36,473 bases of DNA from Atractiella rhizophila (taxonomy: Eukaryota): assembly GCA_021432655.1 (NCBI GenBank), contig MU271418.1, forward strand, positions 1-36,473, given 5' to 3'. This document shows, piece after piece, positions 1-12,381 of the stretch (positions are counted from its first letter, which is position 1; each line of letters begins with the position of its first letter). The notes beneath the pieces are model-generated. The model was not told the origin of the DNA. It worked only from the letters and a program-made list of their open reading frames with translations, and did not search any database. The position numbers and the translations under genes are program-made.

Positions 1-233
1 CAGACCTGTTCCCAAAATAATCAAGCTGCACTAGAATACTGGAATAGTTTCCTTCTTGGCTCCGTCGATCAAAACTCCGGGGAGGCGTGAATTTTTCTTG
101 CCACCCAAAACCTTGGTCTTCATCACCTTCACCAGCTTTATTCTGGAATTGTGGCAGGGTTTAAGGAGGAAACAGCACTCTGCTTCAAGTTACTTCGGAG
201 CATTTTTATGACAAGCCTCCACCGTTGAACACC

Positions 234-1438
234 ATGACGCTCTTTGCTATCATCGCTCTTTGCTCCTCCTTGGTTTCCTCTTTTGCTGAAGCGCAGTCGA
301 TACCGTTCATCCATCATAACGAGTTGGGAGACGCCTACTATTTCGTACGCTTTCGGTTCTTTCAAGTGAAATATGTTGCTCATTCAGAATGACAGAATGT
401 CTTGAAGCCTGCCGGTGACTCTCCTCCAGCGAAGCCAGCCCTAAACCTCTTTCTTCATGGTTCGTCTCGGTATTCTTCTTACACACTTGATTCTGACGTC
501 TGGCGAAAAAGGGGCTGGATCCGTTGGCGACTTTGGCGAGTTGGACGTCAAGATGACTTACAATGGACCGGGTAGGCGGATCAAGGAATACTATGACGGA
601 AACATCACGGCCGCGTCGAAATTAGTCGCTGAGCAGTTCTTGACCGTCCTGCCTATTCATCCGAACGACACCATTTACCCAGCCGTGTGCGGAGCCTGGA
701 TTTTCTTTATGCTGCTCGCTGATGAGGCTCTTCAGTCCAGAATGGGACCTTGGACGCGTCAAAGCAGTTCTCGACTTCGTTCAGCAAAATTACAATTATG
801 ACGAAGACCGCGTTTACCTGACAGGTTATTCAATGGGTGAGGGTTTGTCGCAACAAGTAGTACTGCATTAAATACCTCTCGGTTCCAGGAGCGCGCGATG
901 GATGGAAAATGGCGCTTGCCTATCCTACGTCGTTCGCAGCCGTCGCACTCTCTGCCGGCGAACCAGATAATACGACCGACTTCCGACCTTTGCTCAATAT
1001 CCCATTCAGACATTATGCCGGTACTAAAGATTACGAAGGAGCATCGAACGTGGGACGGGCGAATCAGACTCAGCATCTCATCGAAGCCATAGGAGGGACC
1101 AAGGCAGTACTTACCATCATCGACGGACCAGACCCTGCTATCAGTCCAGCCCACAATCAGATGGCCAATGGTGCGCGCGCTTCTTTCTTGTTTTAATACT
1201 TTAGGATAATACTGAATATCTACAAGTTCCCTTCTTCGAGGACCACTTCAACTGGCTTTTGTCGAAATCTTTTTCTGGGGCTGCTTCTACCAATACTGCG
1301 CCAGCCGTCCAACCCTCTGCTGGATCTAGCACTGGCGGCTCACAGACGTCGATCGACAACGAAAATTCGGCTGCATCAACGCTAGAGAAGCACTTCCTAG
1401 GATTATTGATTTTTGTGGCAGTCAAGCTTTTGATGTAA
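234..1438 (+). CDS. Secreted, probably GPI-anchored alpha/beta-hydrolase (esterase/predicted-peptidase-like), 6 exons
   Basis: Manual splicing: ATG234 MTLFAIIALCSSLVSSFAEA|Q signal peptide; LFLHG|AGS oxyanion motif across an intron; DEDRVYLTGYSMG|ARDGW nucleophile elbow (GxSxG); GTKD (Asp) and SPAH (His). Last exon from 1227 encodes an S/T/G-rich linker, ENSAA and hydrophobic tail FLGLLIFVAVKLLM, TAA 1436-1438. Confidence 0.8.
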
Positions 1439-1765
1439 CATGGACAACTATTCAACACGATTCTCTCCTTTGTCAGACACTCATTGTGAATACGTAGAAC
1501 CATTGCGAATAGACGGTAGATTGTTAAATAACAAACTTGGAAAAGTGGTTTCCTTTGTTCCGTGTCGCACAGCCATTGAACTTGTTAGGAATATCTTGTT
1601 AGATCTTTATTGCATTGCAGCATGTCGAGTACAAAAAGACCGTGAACAGGGAGCCTGTCTACGTCCGAAAGTGAGATAAATGATGAATGTACAACTTGGA
1701 GGTCTGAAATGCGAAACGAAGCGTCCTGCAATTCAATCAAAACCATGCGAGGCGAGTCTAACTCT

Positions 1766-3289
1766 TCAAGGCTCAGAGTATTCATGTCGAATCTCTTCCT
1801 TAAACTGTTCGATCCAAGTCTTAATCTGTACCCAAAAATCTACATCAGCATACCCAATTCTGGTGTAAGAAAATGGCCAACAGCGCACCTTCTCATAAAC
1901 GACGAACACGACTGCCTGTCCAGGTGCCACTCGTGCAACTCGAGGCGTGATGCCCTTATAGAAAGCCCTAGGTCCTTCTTGCTTGAACATGTCCACAGTG
2001 ACTGTTCGGAACCTCGTCCAAGCGGTCTCGCCAGCAAGAGCGGTCGCCTTCTGTATCCGAGTCTTGATCGTGTCGATCGGGGCATTCGTGAATGGTCCCA
2101 CTGCTCCTCTGAGACGCCATAATCATCAGGATGAGGATACAGAAGCAGGAAAGAGAACGGACGAGATGAAGCCGGCGAGGAGAGTTTGGTAGGAAGGAAG
2201 GGTGACGTCCGCTCTTGAATATTCAGGCTGCCATTTTCGCAACAACCGTGTGAGCTCAGTGTAGGTCGTGAAATTTGCAGCTGGTTGATCGAAATCCGTC
2301 ACTTTTGGAGTCTAAGTAGGGTAGGAAGGAAAGAACAGACCTTGGTTGGTAGCTTGTCGTAGAGCAGTGAGCGCTACTCCGCGGTATAGCGTCCTCACTC
2401 CCTCTTCTTTCAAGATGAGATATAAGGCGTGTGCGGCGTTTCTATACTTCGGAATGTCGAGCGGATCAGCCATCGAATGCTGCTGGGCCTGCAATCGAAT
2501 CTTCACGACCTCCATCGGACACACAACCAGGACGGCCTCCGTCGTTCCCGCTCCCAAACCCGCTTCACAAACACAAAGAAAATGAAATCAGCTCGTTTTA
2601 TTTGGATCAGAAGGAAACAGAGACGCACCCAGAAATGTCCCCGCAGGCGTCGTCTTCCCGGTCTCTTTGGAAGCGAGAAGAGATTTGTACTGTTCAAAGG
2701 ACGCGAAACGGATCGCCATCTTGGGGACTATTCCGGAAATTACTGCTCCAAGTCCTTTGTAGAGTCCTAATGGTGTCTCCCGTTGAACGATCATCTTTCC
2801 CGTGGCAAGAAAAGAGCGGGGTTTCATCTGTTTCGCAGAAGAGGTTAGCATCGTTGCTGACATGCTCCTCACCTCAGAAAGACAGAAAGGACGAAGGAGT
2901 CCATGATTGCTCAGTGAAATATGAAAAGGATGCGGTAGAACGTGATGTTAAATTGAAGGAAATAATTAATGATCCCTCACAATCAATCGTTGCGCAACAT
3001 GATGGATGAGCTTGCAAGCACGTTAAATATGAATACCAGAGTACTCGATGGGTCGAGTACAAGATTGGCAAGATGGGAACTCGCAGAGGAGCTCCTGAAC
3101 AGCTTGAACTAAGCAGGAAACAAAAGAACTCACTCCTTTCCCTCTTGCACTCCTACTGAGCTGCATCCTGACTTTAATGGTATCGAGGGGATGACAAACG
3201 CAAGCCTCAGAGAGACCAGCGATGCCTCCCGCTACGAGATGGGTGCCAATTGGCGTCTTCTGATTTCCCTTGTCGCTGGACGGCGGCAT
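1766..3289 (-). CDS. SFC1: Mitochondrial succinate/fumarate carrier (SLC25 family), multi-exon
   Basis: Three carrier signature motifs (HPLDTIKVRMQ, CPMEVVKIRLQ, APIDTIKTRIQ), the Sfc1-type segment QHSMADPLDIPKYRNAAHA and PKMAIRF. GT-AG introns join the fragments in frame. Confidence 0.92.
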
Positions 3290-3698
3290 CTTCGTAATAT
3301 CCTTGCTGGTATAGATTCGAATTCTGTCGGGCGACCTGGTTGTAGGCGCGAAGGCAGGGATTGAAAGGTATGACGATGCTGTGGTCCTTTTGAAGCTGGA
3401 TTGCCGGAGTGCTGGACGCGGGGTAATGACGCACGTGAAAGGCTTTGGCGGTTTCTTCCGGCGAGCTCAGCTGCTCTCCGGCCTTTTCCGGATCAGCAAG
3501 CAAGGAAGTTCATGAAAAGCTGGTCTCCGCTCAGGCTCTCAAGTCTCCGCTCATTCTGTCAGAGTCAGCTAAGTTAATGCCAATGAAGGAGGTTCAAACG
3601 ATGCTTGCTTCAGCAAACAAGAAAACGCGAAAGGTTCCGATCGGAATATGAAGATTAAGATGATGTTTTGGGTTGTTTGGGGCAAGAAGGCCGGAAAT

Positions 3699-3706
3699 TC
3701 ACGTGA
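3699..3706. promoter_or_regulatory. TCACGTGA E-box (Cbf1/bHLH-type) in the divergent promoter between SFC1 and the next gene
   Basis: Perfect palindrome TCACGTGA; a second CACGTGA at ~3432. Function not demonstrated. Confidence 0.3.
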
Positions 3707-3793
3707 CCGCCTTACGAACCCAGCATTGTTTGAGCATTTCAGCCTAGGATCCTTACGCGTAGGGCATTACCGAGTGTGGAGGATTGGTACTGA

Positions 3794-6700
3794 ATGCAAT
3801 CTAGTCTGTGGATAGGGGATCAGACGGACTCGCAACTGGTAAGTTGTTATCCAATCAGCTAGCAGGGGAATGAAGGCTTTGTGTCGCAGGAGGAGAACAT
3901 GTTGGCGGCCAGCACGAGCGTTGCGGGTGAGGGAGCTCAGCCTCCCAGCGCGTTGGGGAAGAGGAAACGGTCCTCAAAATCTCCAAGCCCTGAGCGGAGG
4001 GCAGACCCACCGCTTCCAGCTCCCCCTCTGCAGACAACCTCCGACCTCGATCGGCGTCCACAACCTTCTCCTTCCACTAGCTCCTCTGTCTCGACTTCGT
4101 CCTCGGTTACGAGCGCAACGACGTTCTTGGAGGCGTACAATGGACTTGTGAAAGCATTGAGAGGTTTTCAACATGGGCAGAAGGAAAGATTTGCTTGGGA
4201 TACTGTTGTGAGGAAGGATGCGTGGGCCAAAGACGCGAATACGACCAGTGAGAGGGTGGGGTTGACCGTCAATGAGGTGATGCGAAATTTGAAGGAGGAG
4301 CTACGAAGGGAGAGAGGGGAGGGGGACGCTTCAGAAGATGAACCAGCAGGAGTAGATTTTTCGGGTGTCGGAACAAGGCTCATTCCTCCCCCTGTCGACT
4401 TTCCGTCTCTCTTAGACGATCGCAACAAGTCTTACATACCTAATCCGGATGCATATCCTACCATGACGAAGAACGAAAGACCAGTCGTCCTCCGTTACCC
4501 AGTCCCAACTCCCAAAGGTTATCTTGCGAAGAGGGCGAAGGAGGGAACGAAGTTGGCGTCGCGACCGGGTGGGTGGAGATGCATCCCTGCGGACGCTAAG
4601 AACAGAGCGAAGGAGAAGGAGAAGGTGGCAGAAAAGGAGAAGGAATCCAATCCCGGTCTTGTAGAGACGGTCCTGCTCCAACCAAATAACAGTGTTGCCC
4701 CAGAGCTCACCACTGCAGCAGTGTCTGGGTCAGTATCATCTCGGGTACTTCAGCAACAACCGAATCCTTCAACCACTCTCCTTTCGAACAGGCCACACGC
4801 TCCTCACACTCTTCAGTCACAATCCAAATCTCAAAAGCCATTGCCGCGCCAATCAAATTCTGCAATTCCTTCCGCCGCAAACAGTGCGCAACCTCTTAGA
4901 GCTCAGGCCGCCAAATCTGCCCATCGAGGAGCTGCGACATCGCTTCGTGCTGTCCCTCCGGTAGCCACATCACAGCCGCCGATTCGAACCCAGACTCCTT
5001 ACTCGGTGGTTCCCCCCAGCTCCTCCGCTAGGAAAGCGACTAATGTAGGAGGTCCTTCCTTGACTTCAGGCGCAAACAGACTTCCTCTGTCAACATCCTT
5101 TAATCCTCCTCGAGCACGCGTATCGCTTCCACAGGGCTTCCGACCACCATTAGCCTCAAACCCGGCCAGCTCCAACCCCAACCATCAGGTGCAATCAAAA
5201 CGTCCAAACGCCTCTATGGCAAGCACCATCCACACGAATGCATCTGCTACAGATTACGCCTCCCAAGCAGCTCTTTTAATGTCACAAGCCTTTCCCGCGC
5301 AACCTGCAGTCGTGCCTCCATCGCGGCAGGCAATTTTCGAATGGAGGTTGAAGGAAGCTCAAGATGCTGGGTGGACAAATGAGCAAGCTCATGTATTGGC
5401 GGAGATGCAAAGCGGCGATCTGTTGCGTCGGATGCAACAACCATCGATATCGACGGCCCAAACCGTCCCCACGAGCGGAGATCAGGCGACAGGGATAGGA
5501 TTCTCTCAACCTCCGTTCCCTGCACGAAGAACGAAAGACCAGTCGTCCTCCGTTACCCAGTCCCAACTCCCAAAGGTTATCTTGCGAAGAGGGCGAAGGA
5601 GGGAACGAAGTTGGCGTCGAGACCGGGTGGGTGGAGAGGCATCCCTGTGGATGCTAAGAACAGAGCGAAGGAGAAGGAGAAGGAGGCACAAAAGGAGAAG
5701 GAAGCCAATTTCGGTCTTGGAGAGACGGTCCTGCTCCAATCTAACAACAGTGTTGCCCCAGAGCTCACCACTGCGGCAGTGTCTGGGTCAGTATCATCTC
5801 AGGTGCTTCAGCAACAACCGAATCCTTCAACCACTCTCCTTTCGAACCGGCCACACGTTCCTCACACTCTTCAGTCACAATCTCAATCTCAAAAGCCATT
5901 GCCGCGCCAATCAAATTCTGCAATTCCTTCCCCTGCGAAAAGTGCGCAACCTCTTAGAGCTCAGACCGCCAAATCTACCCATCAAGGAGCTGCGACATCT
6001 GTTCGTGCTGTCCCTCCGGTAGCCACATCACAGCCGCCGATTCGAACCCAGACTACTTACTCGGTGGTTCCCCCCAGCTCCTCCGCTAGGATCGTGACTA
6101 ATGTAGGAGGTTCGTCCTTGACTTCAGGCGCGAACAGACTTCCTCTGTCAACAACCTCCAATCCTCCTCGAGCACAAGTATCACGTCCACAGGGCTTCCG
6201 ACCACCAGCACCTTCAAACCCGGCCAGCTCCAACCCCAACCATCAGGTGCAATCAAAACGTCCAAACGCCTCTATGGCAAACACCATACATACGAATACA
6301 TCTGCTACAGATTACGCCTCCCAAGCAGCTCATTTAATGTCCCAAGCCTTTCCCACGCAACCTGCAGTCGTGCCTCCATCTCGGCAGGCAATTTTCGAAT
6401 GGAGGTTGAAGGAAGCTCAAGATGCTGGGTGGACAAATGAGCAGGCTCATGTGTTGGCAGAGATGCAAAGCAGCGATCTGTTGCGTCGAATGCAACAACC
6501 ATCGATATCGACGGCCCAAACCGTCCCCACCAGCGGAGATCAGGCGACAGGGATAGGATTCGCTCAACCTCTGTTCCCTGCTGGGATGGCATCTCAACAC
6601 CAAAATCCGCGAACTTCTTTGCCTCCGACAGGTCAGCAACAGCAGGGATCGCACGGTCAACAGTCCATCTCATACTCCCCATTCTCTCAAACGATCCTTT

Positions 6701-7925
6701 CTGCCCAGCCGTCCATGCCTCAAACTCACCTACCAACCGCCAGTGGTAATATTACCAGCAACAACCTTACCGATAAACCTCCGACAGCACAAGTCGATAT
6801 GTCGGATGTCCTTCAATTTATAACTCTCATGGCTCAACAGGTGAACAATGTTGCACCGACGACTAATCTATCAAACCCTACCGTCCCCCCCGTGATGTCA
6901 ACAACGATGGGCGCCTTCCTCACATCCAGTATTCCTACAGCCACACTCACTTCGTTCCCCCAACAAACCCTTCCACAGAGTAACCAGATCGTTGCATCTT
7001 TACCATCCGGAAATAGGAGTTGGATCCCTCAGTTCTCCGTCTCAGGATCTCGTTCCGGGGTACCTGGTCTCTCCCAGGCCACTACAAGCGTGATGACTGA
7101 AGGTATGAGTGAGACGGCGGCAACTTGGATGGCCAACCAAGTCAACACATTGGTTCCAGCACAACCACCACAGGGACAGGTTTCTTCGAAGCTTCAAGAG
7201 TTGAGGAAACTGTACCAGAGTGACTCACCGGACAGTGTAACGAGCCAGTATCGAACGGCGTTCTTGAAATTGGAGAATGCGAAAATATTGCAGACGATTG
7301 GTACGATTGGCATGCTTTGCAAGCTCATCCTCGACGGCTGTCGGAGTCCGCTCGGCATTGACCTGCCGCTCGAGAGCTCGTTGCTCATTGCAACGTTTGG
7401 GGATATGATCTGGGAGTTTTACGAGGTTCGGAGAGCCGAAAGAATCGTGAGTCGACAGCCTGAGTCGGTTCTTACCTAGAGTATGCTGATACTGATATGT
7501 TTCTATGAATTAGGAAAAGATATGCGAGGCGACGTCTTTCCCCCCAACCCTCTTTTCGGCAAATGAGAAAATTGACGTTTGGGCTTGGGACGAACGGAGG
7601 ACACAGACAGCTCCTCCCACATTCCAACAAGATCCGTTCAAGGTCATCCGGTTCCTATGGGAGCAACGCGACAGGTATTATCAAACTTTGTTTCACTCCG
7701 ACAAGGGGGAAACTGTCCATCAAACCTCCCTTACGCCCGCATTGATGCAGAATCCTGCGTCGTCTTCTTCCAATCCACCAATTCAGCCTGTGATCAAGGA
7801 TCCGAAGTCGAAATCGCTTCCAGCACTGCAAGTGGCTGAGAACAAGCCAGAGATGGCTCCACTGTTGGCTGCGAAGGCGGAGCACCAAGACAAGGAGGTA
7901 GTGTTGATCTCGGACGATGAGCAAA
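3794..7925 (+). CDS. Large S/P/Q/A-rich low-complexity protein of unknown function, frameshifted by an internal tandem duplication and truncated by the assembly gap
   Basis: Exon 3794-3838, intron GTAAGT..CAG 3839-3889 in phase with ORF 3881-6022. ORF 5611-7479 continues the protein after the second repeat copy. Intron at ~7447 (GTGAGT) and further exons run into the Ns. NLS-like GKRKR near the N-terminus; SIM-like VVLISDDE just before the gap. Confidence 0.6.
4466..6581 (+). repeat. Direct tandem duplication, 2 x 1058 bp (4466-5523 and 5524-6581)
   Basis: Both copies start ACGAAGAACGAAAGACCAGTCGTCC and end ...GTTCCCTGC. Matching ORFs are offset by exactly 1058 (4519/5577, 4999/6057, 5247/6305). 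Scattered substitutions, no indels seen. Confidence 0.95.
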
Positions 7926-8058
7926 NNNNNNNNNNNNNNNNNNNNNNNNNNNNNNNNNNNNNNNNNNNNNNNNNNNNNNNNNNNNNNNNNNNNNNNNNNN
8001 NNNNNNNNNNNNNNNNNNNNNNNNNNNNNNNNNNNNNNNNNNNNNNNNNNNNNNNNNN
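7926..8058. other. Assembly gap (133 N)
   Basis: Run of N in the sequence. Confidence 1.
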
Positions 8059-10029
8059 CGATATTTCATTGTTGTGTATTTCTTATGTCACTACCTGGAA
8101 AGCCGCGTTTAAAATCGCATTATGGTGTAACATGTCTATTGATATCCGTTTGCAACTTCTTTGACTGTGCCTTTGTAACGTGGTCAAGTTCATCAAGAAA
8201 AACAGATGAGCCATCCAGTTGAAGACAAAGAAGAAAGGAACATGCTGATAACCTTCATCAAGTATCGCTGGGATAGAGTCTGCCAACAGGCTCGCAACAG
8301 CTTTGTGTAGGTATCAGCATCGTCAACAGTTATGTTTCAATCGCGAACCAAAGTCTTCCTTAATAATGAGGAGTAGAGATCCTTCTTTTAGTCAATGGCC
8401 GTTCCCGTGAGCCCCAGGAATAAACCAGATTGCAAAGTATAGGAAGATAACATCCTTGAGGAGACTAGAGCATCAAGCTTCCACAGGGAGTGCTCTGGAA
8501 GCTCTCTTTCGTCCACGTTTGGATGAGGTCTATGTCATAGTTTCCTTCGTCGGATGTGAACGAGAGACATGCATTACCCTTTTTGCATCAGACACGGTTG
8601 GGTAAAAAACACTTTTCATTTATCAAGCCTCAGATGGTGCAGAAAGCGGGAAAACGAGTGAGAGCTTGTGCGTAAGCTGTCTCTGGAAACCTTTCTGTGT
8701 CAAAGAATAGTCATTGTTCCTGTGGCAGTTTCTATTCAAGGGAAATGTTTCGAAACCCAGGACATAAGGGGCGGACAGGGAATTCTGGCTCGTCTTTTTG
8801 TTTGGAAGCCTAAACAATGGACAAACTCAGAACGATCTTCCGCTTCTCCTCCTTCTCTTCATTTTTCGAGCTTGCCAACATTCATATTTCGATTCGATCT
8901 CCCGAACAGGCTTCATGGCCTCTGCCAACCTTCCGTCCTCGCGTAAAAACGATTTTCTCATGTCTTGCATGCTCCAATTAGGGATTTCCCATTAATGTTC
9001 CCATCACGTCTTGAATGGTTTTCTGCAACCCAGACCATTAACTTCAAAGGCACAACTCATCTTCGGAGTTCCACTAAGTCAGCTTCTCACGACAGGTCGC
9101 AGCTCGGGGAAGCGAGTTCGCACTTCATATGAAGATAGAGCACCATCCGACAATAGAAAGAAGCTCATCCCTGAATACGGTTTCTTTCAGTGTAAAAATA
9201 TATGCGTCAAGCTGAAACCGGCCACAAAGAATACAGGAAGGACCTTCGTCGACACGATAACATTCAGTCGCCGCAGACCGCCTGGGCTTTTTTAATCCAA
9301 GATCCAGGCAGGTCTATCATATGCCGAAACAGGAGATCAGAACGCAATAGGCAAAGGGCACGATAACTCTCGGTCCTTTTCGATATGAACTCCCTGCGCA
9401 GTGGACTGCCAATCGAAAATAGCACCGATGGCATATCGTTGACTAACCCCCATCCGTAAAAAAGGAGGCCAGAATCTATGTGCTGAGTACGGTCATGATG
9501 CATGTTCATGGCACCGAGTGTCCTTCTTGTGAGCGGTTGTAAGTACGCGACAACTGGGAAGTTGTCGGATTGAAGCCTCATGGCATGATGGCATGACATG
9601 TTACCCGCTGGTCGTCAGAAAAGGAAGATGAAACGTCGGTGCAGACACTAGAAACCTCAGCATAATTCCTGATTGCCTTTCACTTGTCGACGTTCATCGT
9701 GAGCATACGGTCAGGATGAGACCTGAGGGAGCGTGTGAACTAGCCACATGCCAGCTCCTCCCGCCATATGAGGTCCGATGGAGACTTTAACAGCTTGTCG
9801 TGAGAGTGCTTTCATGCACATTTCAGCATAATCGCCTTTGTGGTTACAATTTCAATACCAAGGAAAGCAGATTACGATTAGAACGAAATTAAAACTAAGA
9901 ACATGGACATGCCAAACTAAAGTTTACTTTCCTCCAATTTTGTTGCTCGCTAGCACTCCACGTCCTGGCGATATTTCTCGCGCTCTAGCTCCAGCTCCAC
10001 CCTCTTCCAACACCCGAGGCGGCCTGACG

Positions 10030-12111
10030 ATGTACGCTCGAATATGCAAGCGGCCACGCCTCGTGCGAGACTTCAGCATCACCACCTGCTGTCGGGCTGA
10101 GGCGTCGACTTCCAGCGTTGCGACTGCTGGCCACGAAGTGCCTAAGCCGCCCCTGACTATCGCTGAGCTGCGTCAGGCGCGAGTGGCCGCCCCACACTTG
10201 ATCCAGAGCGAGATGGAAAGGCAGGTGGACGAGGGTTTCATGAAACAGCAGTTGGAGAGTTTGCAGATCAAAGAGGAGGTGGAGGAGCTGAAGAAGGCTG
10301 TGAGGGGACGGAGGTGGAATAGGAATGTCTGTAAGTTACTCCTTCCTTTACTTTTGAGTCGAAAAGGGGATGAAATTTTGCGGATGGTTAAGTGGATGCG
10401 CTGGAACCGGAAGGATCAACGCAGAGCAAGCAGACTGCCTATGCGTCGCGGAAGTCGCTCCACAATCCGCAGACGGCAGAGTCCATAACGCTGTCCCACC
10501 TCGTTGCCGCCCAACTCCACCTTGGACACTCCATGTCCTCTCTCTCCAACCGTCTCGCCCACACCTCCATTTACGGTATCCGACACCGTCAATATCCATA
10601 CATCGACCTCCGCCAAACGCTCATTCAGCTCCGACGTGCTGCTATGGTTGTGCGCGAGGTGGTGGAAGATGATGGTCTCGTCCTCTTTGTCAGTGGGAAG
10701 AGCTTACATCCATTAGACCAGAAGAGGAGGGAGCTCGCCTGTCGAAATGCCGCCGAGAAGCTAGGAAGATCAGGATATTCCGTCACTAAGTGGATAGGAG
10801 GCAGTCTGAGCAACACCAGCATGGTATTGGGAAAGAGTGAGCATAGCGGATTGCGTACGGCAAATTTGAAGAAAGAGGACGCTCGAGCGTTCCTCGCAGA
10901 GGATTTTGGGAGACCCGGACCGTTTCCAGGGATGAAGGAGTTCATGGAAGAGGTCGCGGTGCCCATCGAGGACGAGCAGCCGCTGACGGACGAGAATGGG
11001 GGAGCGGCGGAGGCCCGTCTTTTCAAGCGAGTGCTCGCGGTCACCAAGGAGTACTTTGAGACCAGACTCGGCGGGTTTACCGATCGGGAACGGGTTGCCC
11101 TCTTCGCCAAACTCAACGTGGCGCTTCGAGACGCCATGCTCTCTCCGGAGAAGCAGGCGGAACTGCAAGCTGCGACGGACCCAGCGAAGACGAAACAGCT
11201 CATCGAGAAGGTGTTTGATGGTCAAGGAGGAGATGCAGCGCAGGTGTTGGGGAAGTTGGCGGAGGGAGAGGTGGAAAAGCATGAGTTGGCTTTCAAACCG
11301 AGGCTGGCGAGCTCGCAGTTCAAGTTCACGGCGTGGGACTTTAAGCCTTCCCTCGTCGTGCTCATGGGGCCCCTGAAGACGATGGGTTGGGCAGCTAAGG
11401 AAGCGACTCAGGCTGGAATCCCAACGATTGGCATTGTCGATACGGATGGGGACCCAAGGAGCGTAACGTGGCCGATCGTCGGAAACGCAGAGAGCACTAG
11501 GGGAATAGAGCTCATCGCTGGGATCCTGGGGAAAGCAGGGGAGGAAGGTAAAAATAAAAAGATTGACAAGTGCGTATCAACTTTCTGTGATATCACAAGG
11601 ACAGCCAAAACTGGACTGACTCTTCTTTCTGTGGCAAAGGCGGAGGCAATTCCGTGCCAACCATCCTGCAGCAGAAATGTACTGGTACGATCAAGCTAGA
11701 CGGGCTGGCATTCGAGGTTTCGAAGACGACGTGATGCAAGGATCGGACAGGGGCGATGATGCGGCGCAGAACCCGTATTCAACGCTCCGGCCAGGAGTTT
11801 CCTTCGCGGAGCACTTTATGGTCGAGCAAATGAAACAGCTCGGCCTCATCGCTCCCACTTTCGGTTACGAGGATTTGTTGGCGGCGAGAGAGATCACTTT
11901 CCCTGACACAGAGGTTGGGGACATGGCTGGAGAATTTAAGGAGAAGTTTGGACAGTTGGAGGATACCAGATTGTCGGAGAAAGTGAAGGACATCGCTCGC
12001 CTTGCTAGGGGATTGAGGAAATCAAGAGGTCCAGCGAATGTGGGAGAGGAGTTTGAAGAGCTGAGAGAGATAGAGGAGAAGTTTGGACTAGAACCAGAGA
12101 GGAGGGTTTAG
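10030..12111 (+). CDS. MRP4: Mitochondrial small-subunit ribosomal protein uS2m, 3 exons (10030-10330, 10393-11569, 11640-12111), 649 aa
   Basis: uS2 motifs LVAAQLHLGH, IYGIR..YIDLRQT, KWIGGSLSN, PSLVVL..AAKEA..AGIPTIGIVDTDGDP..VTWPIVGN. Arg-rich mitochondrial presequence MYARICKRPRLVRDFS. Exons sum to 1950 nt in frame. Confidence 0.9.
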
Positions 12112-12381
12112 GAGCTAGACCAAAAGTACTCAACGTAGTGTTTAATCTTGGAATTAACATATCCACATCCTATTCCTTTCACCAACATGCGATTGAACAA
12201 ATGACAGATTCGAATACTGCAGTGATGAAATTTTTGATCAAGGATGGAAGGAAATCATTTGTTGGTCACAGAGAGGTTACGATGAAGAGAAAACACTGAG
12301 TTATGCTGACAGAAAGCAATATCTCAGGTGATGATATCAATCCGATTAATGTCCACCATTCCGAAACAAGTGCACAGAAAC

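Noticed and set aside
1..233. Open frame at the window start as an upstream exon of the hydrolase
   Set aside because: ATG 234 already gives a clean signal peptide, and the upstream splice options hit stop codons.
5524..6022. Arg-rich C-terminus of the 713-aa ORF (RRRRRRRHKRRRK)
   Set aside because: It is repeat copy 2 read out of frame after the duplication junction, not a real domain.
8059..9850. Several short ORFs downstream of the gap
   Set aside because: No recognisable motifs, no consistent splice chain, and no terminal repeats or transposase/RT signatures.
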